64,000 nt of DNA, taken from assembly GCF_009914755.1 (NCBI RefSeq), contig NC_060943.1; one strand, given 5' to 3'. Each line of letters opens with the position of its first letter. The stretch's first letter is position 1. Position numbers and translations under genes: made by a program. This DNA is from the human T2T-CHM13v2.0 reference genome, Homo sapiens. Below, piece by piece: positions 49,321 to 64,000 of this stretch. Under the pieces are notes generated by a model. That model did not search any database, had not been told where the DNA came from, and saw only the letters and a list, made by a program, of their open reading frames with translations.

Positions 49321-50210
49321 GGAAATTTCTGGTGTAGTGATGGGGACTGAAGCCGTAGGAGTCAAGATGCCTGGGCGAGAGATCTGGGGTCTAGAATGAG
49401 CCTCAAGGAACCCCCATATGTCAGGCTGTGGAGAGGAGCAGGCAGCATGGAGGCTGAGGAGCCACAGCCAGCAGGGCTGGACCTCATTTGGAGGCAGCAT
49501 GGTTGACATAGGGTCCAGGAGGAGGACACCAGGGCCTCAGCACAGGAATCAAGGCATTTATGCGTGCATTGAGGGACAGTAAAAAGGGGGCAGAGAGCCC
49601 GTCTGTCTCGGTTTTCCTAGTGAAGTTGGGGAGAACTTTGGGCTAGGAAGGTGGAGGAGGAAGTGGAGAGGATGAGCAGCAAAGCTGAGTAGGTGGAGAA
49701 GGGAGGGTCCTGTGTCCTTTTCAGTGCATGTGTGGCCTCGTGGTTCCCATTTGGTGGATGAGACTGTGAAGGCTCAGAGAGGTTAAGTGGCTGGCCCAAG
49801 AGCACACAGCAGAAAGGTACTGAGCTGGCTTTGATCCTTATCTCCAATCACTAGATTACAGAACTGAGTTAAAGACTAAGAACTTGGAGACCCCTGCCAT
49901 GCAGGGGGTTCGGGATCAAAGGGGTTGAGATGGGAGGGGGGTTCCTGGCTGGGGAGAGAAGAAGAGGATGAACAGCAATGTATTCCCTGTCTCTGTTTCC
50001 CCACCACCATCGGTGCATCGTAGGTGCTCAGGAATATTGAATGACTCTGAGCTAGGCATGGCAGGGAGGGGAAGGACAAAAATGAATCTAGGCCAGGCGC
50101 GATGGCTCACGCCTACAATCCCAGCACTTTGGGAGGCCGAGGTGGGTGATCACCTGAGGCCAGGAGTTTGAGACCAGCCTGGCCAACATGGTGAAACCCC
50201 ATCTCTACTA

Positions 50211-51681
<1,471 letters not shown>

Positions 51682-51784
51682 GTACTTCCCTCTGATATCC
51701 CCCAAACCCTGAGATCCCGCAGGGCCCAAACCAGGGTTCATGTCTTTCTTCCAAAGTGCACCTCCTCCTGGGTTCCTACCTGGG

Positions 51785-52460
51785 TTTGTTGTCCCAGGGC
51801 TTTTGTAACAAATGACCACAAACTGGGGGGCTTGGAACAGCCTCTCCCAGTCCTGGAGGCCAGAAATCAGCTATCAAGGTGTGGGTAGGGCCTCACTTTC
51901 TCCAAGGGGAGGGTCCTTCCTGCCTCTTCAGCTTCTGGGGACTCCGGGTGTCCTTGGCTGATGGATGCATCACTGTGGTCTCTGCTCCATCATCTGTGCG
52001 TCTGCGTCTCCTCTCCTCTGTGTTATAAGGACACTTGAGGCCGGGTGTGGTGGCTCACGCCTGTAATCCCAGCACTTTGGGAGACCGAGGCAGGTGGTTC
52101 ACTTGAGGTCAGGAGTTCGAGACCAACCTGGCCAACATGACGAAACCCTGTCTCTACTAAAAATACAAAATTAGCAGGGTGTGGCGGCGGGTGCCTGTAA
52201 TCCCAGTACTCAGGAGGCTGAAGCAGAATTGCTTGAACACAGTAGGTGGAGGTTGCAGTGAGCCAAGATCACACCATTGCACTCTAGCCTGGGCAACAAA
52301 GCGAGACTCCATCTCAAAATAAAAATAAAAAATAAAAATTAAGGATGCTTGTCCTTGTGTTTGGGGCCTGCCTTCATCTAGCTTGACTTCATCCCAAATT
52401 CCTTATTGAAATCTGCAAAGTCTCTTTTTCCAAATCAGGTCACATTTCAGGTTCCAGAGT
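51785..52460 (-). mobile_element. MLT1-type LTR with an internal Alu (52039-52340)
   Basis: gtaacaaatgaccacaaactgggggg...cagtcctggaggccagaa...ttccaaatcaggtcacatt. Confidence 0.75.
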
Positions 52461-52477
52461 GGCTATATCTTTTTTAA

Positions 52478-52714
<237 letters not shown>

Positions 52715-53567
52715 TGAGCTCAAGCAATCCTCCCGCCTCAGCCTCCCAAGTAGCTGGGACTGCAAGTGTGTGCCACCATGCCCGGCTAATTGTTTTTAAT
52801 TTTTACTGGAGATGGGGTCTCACTGTGTTGCCCAGGCTCGTCTCAAACTCCTGGGCTCAAGCCATCCTCCCACTTCAGCCTCCCGAGTACCTGGGACTAC
52901 AGATGTGAGCCATCATGCCCGGCTAACTTTTTTTTTTTTTCAGTAGAGTTGGGGTCTCACTATGTTGCCCAGGCTCAGGATGGATGTAGCTCTTTTTCAG
53001 GGAGCCACCATTCAACCCATTACATCCTCACACCCTACCATCCAAGTGCATCCCAGCCATCCTTGCCTCCTCCCTCCCCTCCCCTCGTCCCCCACCAAAG
53101 CCCTACCTTAGATTTTCCTGTCTTTGTCCCCATGGCCCTCTGGGGTAGTCTTCACCTTCTCCCATACTGACCTTGACTCTGCCCCCTCACTGGCCTCCAG
53201 TCTTCTGTCCTGCACTCCAGTCCCTTCTTCGTGCTGGCCCCAGGAGGCTCTTTCCCGCACACACCTCTGACTATGCCCAACCCCTGCTCAAACACCTTCC
53301 ATGGCTCCCCACTGCCCTTGACATCAGTCCAGCAGTTCTTTGCCTGTTTCACCCTCATCTGTCCCCTCCAATGGCATCCCCCATCTCCTGCAACACACTT
53401 TTTTTTTTTTTTTGAGGCAAGAGTTTTGCTCTGTTGCTCAGGCTGGAGCGCAGTGGCGAGATCTCGGCTCACTGCAAACTTTACCTCCCAAGTTCAAGTG
53501 ATTCTCCTGCCTCAGCCTCCTGAGTAGCTGAGTAGCTGGAATTATAGGTGCACGCCACCACACCTAG

Positions 53568-53843
<276 letters not shown>

Positions 53844-54222
53844 TAGCTGGGACTACAAGCATGAACCACCACACCCAGCTAGTTTTTGTATTTTTAGTAG
53901 AGAGGGGGTTTCACCGTGTTGGCCAGGCTGGTCTTGAACTCCTGACCTTAGGTGAGCCACCTGCCTCGGCCTCCCAGAGTGCTGGGATTACAGACGTGAG
54001 CCACTGCGCCCGGCCCTACCACACACTTCTGAAAGCCTATGTTCCACACACCAGGCAGGCTCTTGTTCTATGGCCCCAGCTCCAAGAATCATCCTTCAGG
54101 AAGCCGTCTCCAAGCAGAACCAGGTTGCCTTCAGAGCGTCCCCAGCCCTGCCTTTCTCTTGGCCCGGGCTGACCACACAGGGTGTGGAGGGGACAGGAGT
54201 GTCAGGCTCTGCCTCCTCCTAG

Positions 54223-54627
<405 letters not shown>

Positions 54628-55760
54628 TAATTTTTTTTTTTTGTATTTTTACTAGAGATGGGGTTTCACCATGTTGGCCAGCATAGTCTCTATCTCCTGA
54701 CCTTGTGATCCACCCGCCTCTGCCTCCCAAAGTGCTGGGATTACAGGTGTGAGCCACCGCGCCCGGCCTAAAGATCAGTTCTTGTCCAGGCTTTGAAAAT
54801 AGGGTGGGTGCAGATTGCCAATCACTGAGCATTCTGAACCATTGATCCCAGGTGGGACTTCCCTGTCTACCCCCTCCAGAACCCCAAGGCTCTCCAGGTG
54901 TGCAGCAAGGCTGCACACCTGCCTCTGGTGCCCTTGCCATCTGGGGCAGGTGTGTGGGGTGGGAGTGGCTGGGGCTGGGACACGGTGAGAGGCTCACCTG
55001 GCGTGGGTGGGGGATAAGCTGTGGCTCAGGCTGAGGCTTCCTTCAGGGGATCCCTCTGGGTCTAGGATGCAACCAACCAGAGCTCTCACAGTTGAAATGG
55101 GATCCACAGGGCCCTCAGCATTTGATCCAGCCCCGTGTTTCTGACAAAGGTGGCACTAGTTTGTTGTTGTTGTGTGTTTGTTTGAGACAGAGTCTCCCTC
55201 TTGCCCAGGCTGGAGTGCAGTGGCGCGACCTCGGCTCACTGCAACCTTATCTCCCGGGTTCGAGCAATTCTCCTGCCTCAACCTCCCGTGTAGCTGGGAC
55301 CAGAGGCGCGCGCCGCCACGCCCAGCTAATTTTTGTGTTTTTAGTAGAGATGGGGTTTCACCGTGTTGGGCAGGCTGGTCTCAAACTCCTGACCTCAGGT
55401 TATCCACCTGCCTTGGCCTCGCAAAATGCTAGGATTACAGGCATGAACCACCATGCCCGGCCCAAGGTGGCACTATTTTAAGGTTATTTCTAGGGAAGCA
55501 GGTACGGCAAGAGACTGTGTTCTTCCTCATATTCCTTGGGGGAGAATTTTGGAAAAGATGCGAAAGCCAGGCAGTGGATCTCAGCTGTTAGTGCATGGTC
55601 TGCAGAGCTAGACTACCTAGATTTAAGCCCTCGACATTTGGCCGGGCACGATGGCTCGCACCTGTAATCCCAGTGCTTTGGGAGGCTGAGGCGGGCAGAT
55701 TACTTGAGGTCAGGAGTTCAAGACTAGCCCGGCCAACATGGTGAGACCCCGTCTCTACTA

Positions 55761-55928
<168 letters not shown>

Positions 55929-55997
55929 TCACACCTGCAATCCCAGCACTTTGGGAGGCTGAGGTGGGTGGATCATAAGGTCGGGAGTTCAAGATCA

Positions 55998-56186
<189 letters not shown>

Positions 56187-57011
56187 CTATCTAAAAAAAA
56201 AATTAGCTGGGCTTGGTGGCAGGTACCTGTAATCCCAGCTACTCAGGAGGCTGATGAAAGAGAGTCATTTGAACCTGGGAGGTGGAGGTTGCAGTGAGGT
56301 GAGATGGTGCTGCTGCACTTCAGCCTGAGCAACAGAGCGAGACTCCATCTCAAATAATAATAATAATAATAATAAAGCCTGGACATTCTACTTACCACCT
56401 GTGTGACCTTGGGCAAGCCACTTCCCCTCTCTGTGCCCCCATCTCTCATCTGTAAAATGGGAACAATGCCAGCAGCTACTGCATAGGGGCTACTATGAGT
56501 ATTAAATGATTCAGTATAGAGTATAAGCTTATTCTTTTCTTTTTCAGTTTTTTCTTTTTTTCTTTGGTTTTTAATTTTTTTGTTTTGGGGTATTTGTGTA
56601 TGTGTGTGTTTTTTAATTTTTTTCTGAGTATAAGCTTATTAACATTAAATATCAATGGAGTTTTTTTGAGACAAGGTTTTGCTATGTCGCAAAACCTTGG
56701 CTGGAGCCAGGCTGGAACACAGTGGCACAATCATGCCTCACTGCAGCATCGACGGCCCAGGCTCAAGCGATTCTCCTGTCTTGACCTCCTGAGTAGCTGG
56801 GACCACAGGCACATGCCACAACACCCAGCTAATTTTTAAAATTATTTGCAGAGATGGAATTTGACTACGTTGCCTAGGCTGGTCTCGAACTCCTGGGCTC
56901 AAGCAATCCTTCTGCCTCGGCCTCTGAAGGTGCCGGGATTCCAGGTGTATGCCACCACACCTGGCCCAGTGGACTTTATTAACATCACTGCACGTCTGTG
57001 CTGATGGGGAA

Positions 57012-57446
57012 CTGTACGAGTTTGCAGGCGCTGCCGTAACCACACACCACAGACACGGTGGCTTAAACAACAGAAATTTATTTTTGCTCAGTTCTGGAGG
57101 CCAGAAGTTCGAAATCAAGGTGTTGGCAGGGCTGGTTCCTTCTGAGGCTGTGAGGGAGCGTTTATTCCAGGCCGTTCCCCTGTAGCGTTCCTTGTCTTGT
57201 AAAGGCATCGTCCCATCTCCGCCTGCATCTTCACGTCCCCCTGCCTGTGCGTGTCTCTGTGTCTATTTTTCCATTTTTTATAAGGGCACCAGTCTTATTG
57301 GATCAGGGCCCACCCTGATGACCTCATGTTGACTAATTCCATCTGCAATGACCCCGTTTCCAAATAAAGTCACATTCGGAGGTCCTGGGGATTAGGACTG
57401 CAAATGATGAATTTGGAGAGGGGGAGAAGCACATTCAGCCCATAAC
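57012..57446 (-). mobile_element. MLT1(B/C)-type LTR
   Basis: gctgccgtaac...ggcttaaacaacagaaatttatt...ttccaaataaagtcacattc...cagcccataaca. Confidence 0.85.
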
Positions 57447-57577
57447 AGGAACTGTGAATCAAAGCTCTATTTATCCAGGGGTGGGTAAACATTACGCATT
57501 TTCACCAGCTAGAAACGACAAGCAAAGAGGCCAAGAAGAGGTTGGGCCAAGAGATCACGGAAGCCATAAGGAAGATT

Positions 57578-57598
57578 TTCAGCACCAGGGACAGCGTC
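57578..57598 (+). promoter_or_regulatory. REST/NRSF binding site (RE1/NRSE)
   Basis: TTCAGCACC-AG-GGACAG-CGTC versus consensus TTCAGCACCnnGGACAGCGCC; canonical 2-nt spacer; inside a neuron-specific gene. Confidence 0.85.
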
Positions 57599-57610
57599 AG
57601 GGCGGGCTTT

Positions 57611-58820
57611 TGTGAGCATGCGTCTGTGTGTGGCGTGTGCATGGGCCTGTGCGTGCGAGTGTGTGTGTGTATGGTATGCATGCAGTATGTGTGTGTGCGT
57701 AGTGTATATGGTGTGCATGCATTATTGCATTGTGTGTGTAGTGTGTGGTGTGTGCATCTGTATGTGTGTAGTGTGTGTGGTGTGCATGCATTGTGTGTAT
57801 GTGTGTGTAGTGTGTGGTGTGTGCATGCATCTCTGTGTGTAGTGTGTGGTGTGTGCATGCATCTGTGTGTGCGGTGTGCATGCATCTGTGTGGTGTGCAT
57901 GCGTCTTGTCTGCGTGTGTGTGTAGTGTGTTTTGCATGCATTGCGTGTGATGTGTGTGGTATGTGCATGCATCTATGTGTGGTGCACATGTGTCTTGTCT
58001 GCGTGTGTGTGCGTGTGTGGTGTGTGTATGTATCTGTGTGCATAGTGTGTGTTGTGCATGCATCGTGTGTGTAGTGTGGTGTGTATGCATCTGTGCATGT
58101 GTGTGTGGTGTGTTGTGCGTGCCTTGTGTGTAGTGTGTGGTGTGTGCATGCATCTATGCGTGTGTGTATGGTATTTGCATGCGTCTTGTCTGGTATATGT
58201 GTGCGTATGTGGTGTGTGTATGCATCTGTGCATGTGTGTGTGTAGTGTGTGGTGTGTGTATGTGTCTTGTCTGCATATATGTGTGTGTGGTGTGTGCATA
58301 CATCTGTACGTGTGTGTGTGGTGTGTGGTGTGTGCATGCATCTTGTCTGCGTGTGTGTGTGCATGTGTGGTGTGTATATGCATCTGTGCGTGTGTGTGTA
58401 GTGTGTGGTGTGTGCATGCATCTTGTCCACGTGTGCGTATGTGTTGTGTGTGTATGCATCTGTGTGTGTGTAGCGTTTGGTGTGTGCATGCACCTGTGCA
58501 TGTGTGTGTGTAGTGTGTGGTGTGTGCGTGCATCTCTGTGTGTGTTGTGCATGTGTCTTTGCGTGTGTGTGTGGTGTGTGTTTGCATCTGTGCATGTGTG
58601 GGTGTGTGATGTGTATATGCATCTGTGCGTGTGTATGTGGTGTGTGTATGCATCTCTGTGTGTGTGCGTGTGTGTTTGCATCTGTGTGTGTGTGGTGTGT
58701 GTATGCATCTGTGTGTGTGCGTGTGTTTGTGTGCATGCATCTGTGTGTGTGTGCGTGTGTGTGTATGCATCTGTGTGTGTGTGCGTGTGTGTGTGGTGTG
58801 TGGTGTGTGTGTGTGTGGTG
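57611..58820 (+). repeat. (TG)-rich complex repeat with a higher-order unit (gtgtgtagtgtgtggtgtgtgcatgcatct)
   Basis: ~1.2 kb of mostly alternating purine-pyrimidine sequence. Confidence 0.95.
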
Positions 58821-59219
58821 TTTCTTTCCCTTTCACTGCAGAGCTCCCAGACCCTGGGGCTGATGGCCTTAAATGTTGCTCAGGTCACCTACCCACTCCC
58901 TAGCCTCCTAGGGCCACCACCCTCCAAACCCTGCAGACAAGGAGTCCACAGGCAAAAAAAAAAAAAAGGAACCTAGGAAGAAGGTTTTTTACCCTTATTT
59001 TACATCTGCCTGCAGCCCAGTTTCTTGCCGATCAAACCTGATTTCTCTCAGGCCTTAGGGCTCGTTGTCTTAGTGTAGTTCTTTTGAAGAGCTTGGGGAA
59101 TAAAATTCGGAAAACAAACATCAAGAATAGACCATCACATACAACAACGGCAACAGGAAAGATGAGCACATAGACTCTGTGAAGAGCTCCCCCAAAGTGA
59201 CAAGGTGCCCAGCTTCATT

Positions 59220-62220
<3,001 letters not shown>

Positions 62221-62448
62221 AAACTTTTTTCTTTCTTTCTTCCTTCCTTCCTTCCTTCCTTCCTTCCTTCCTTCCTTCCTTCCTTTCTTTCTTTCTTTCT
62301 TTTCTTTTCTTTTCTTTCTTTTCTTAATGCTGGAAACTGTTGTCAGCTCTGCCTGGTACCCCCAGGGTTCCAGGGGGCTTTTTGGACCTGGGGTGGGTTC
62401 CCTCGGATTCCCTACCCCCTCCCCACCACACAGCCCAGCTGGCGGGAG

Positions 62449-62466
62449 CGACCAGCAGGTGGCCAC
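62449..62466 (+). promoter_or_regulatory. CTCF core motif
   Basis: CCAGCAGGTGGC at 62452-62463 matches CCASYAGRKGGC exactly. Confidence 0.6.
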
Positions 62467-62805
62467 TTTAATTAGCTCCTGCCTGGAGAAGTGGACACCG
62501 TGGAGCTCCGTACAGCGTGTCCCTGGGAGACCAGGGACCATAGGGGGCGGGGTTTGAGGGGGAACCGAGGGTTTGACAACATCGGAGCAGCCCACGATGG
62601 TCTCATTTCACAGGTCCCCAGACAGGACCACTCAGTCCCCTGTATCCATCCCAGGACCCCTGACCTCCTGTGTGCAATCCCTACCCCACCTTGGGGAAAC
62701 GTCTTTCAAAATACTTTTGATCTAATTAGGCTTTCAGGGCGAGGGCGGGTTCTCTTGACTTGCTTGTCTCCTGTCTCTGTCTCTGTCAACGTCTCTGGTC
62801 TCCCA

Positions 62806-63012
62806 CCCCTAACGTCGCCCAATCACAGCCTCACTCTGGGCCACCAGAGGGCTGGCCCCGCCCCTCGCTTCCCACCCTCCGATCCCTAATGTTGCCCAAT
62901 CACAGCCTCACTCTGGGCCACTCTATGGGCTGGCCCCGCCCCTTGCCTCCCATCCCTAATGTCATCCAATCCCAGCCTCACTCTGGGCCACTCCGGGGCT
63001 GGCCCCGCCCCT
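62806..63012 (+). repeat. Three imperfect 70-77 bp tandem units, each with a CCAAT box and a GC box
   Basis: ccctaa..CCAATc.cagcctcactctgggccac...gggctGGCCCCGCCC x3; CCAAT at 62819, 62896, 62966. Confidence 0.85.
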
Positions 63013-63499
63013 CACCTCTCCTGATTGGTCCTGATTTCTGCCACCATGCCACACCCTCTCAAGCTCCACCCCCATCCATTGGCTGGTCCAACTTGTGGTC
63101 CTCTCAGACCATCCCCTCTCCCTCTGATAGGGGAAGGTGAGGCCCAGAGAGGGGGAGCGCATGATCCAAGGCTACACTGCTGGTCAGTGGCAGAGCCCAC
63201 TGCTCCCTATCCCAGGGCCAGGCCTTCTTCCATCTTTCTGGGACCACTAGTGCCCTCCCCATCCTCCCCGCTGGGCAGCCCCTCTGCCCACTCCCCTCAC
63301 CCCACCTTGTCCAGGGCTCTCAGCATCTCTTTTCTGAGCTCAGCCACTGACTTTGTTAATGGCTGGACCTCCTCTCCCTCTTCCTGGTCTCACCCTTTGC
63401 GGGGGTGTATGTGTGTGCAGGGGTGGAAGGGGTGGAAAACACTGAGCCACTTCGACTGTCCCCTCCCAAAACATGGTGGCTTCAGCATCCTCTTCTCTT

Positions 63500-64000
<501 letters not shown>

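Noticed and set aside
57502-58976. 379-aa HT-rich and Cys/Val-rich ORFs
   Set aside because: Translations of the TG-rich repeat; no splice or Kozak support.

Overview
Human (or very close primate) genomic DNA that I recognise as the NCLN-CELF5 region of 19p13.3. It is GC-rich and very Alu-dense. The window starts inside NCLN intron 1 and holds coding exons 2-15 of nicalin (+ strand, 5290-20554). All of these have GT-AG borders and consistent phase. A ~1.9 kb 3' UTR ends after AATAAA at 22416. A ~15 kb intergenic stretch of Alu/L1/L2 follows, then the CpG-island promoter and coding exon 1 of the neuronal RNA-binding protein CELF5 (ATG 37619, donor after 37877) and ~26 kb of CELF5 intron 1; exon 2 is not reached. 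Nearly all other ORFs in the track are Alu or simple-repeat artefacts. I found no new protein-coding system. The best leads are non-coding: (1) a near-perfect REST/RE1 site abutting a 1.2 kb UG/UGCAUG array in CELF5 intron 1; (2) ancient MER20 and L2 copies that share derived GC-rich sequence, suggesting regional homogenisation, with the L2 variant carrying AP-1/E-box/CTCF-like motifs; (3) a triplicated CCAAT + GC-box + CTCF promoter-like module; (4) a templated local insertion inside an L1; (5) several splicing oddities in NCLN. Repeat-family names and reference comparisons come from memory and need confirmation by RepeatMasker/BLAST. Repeat coordinates are approximate.
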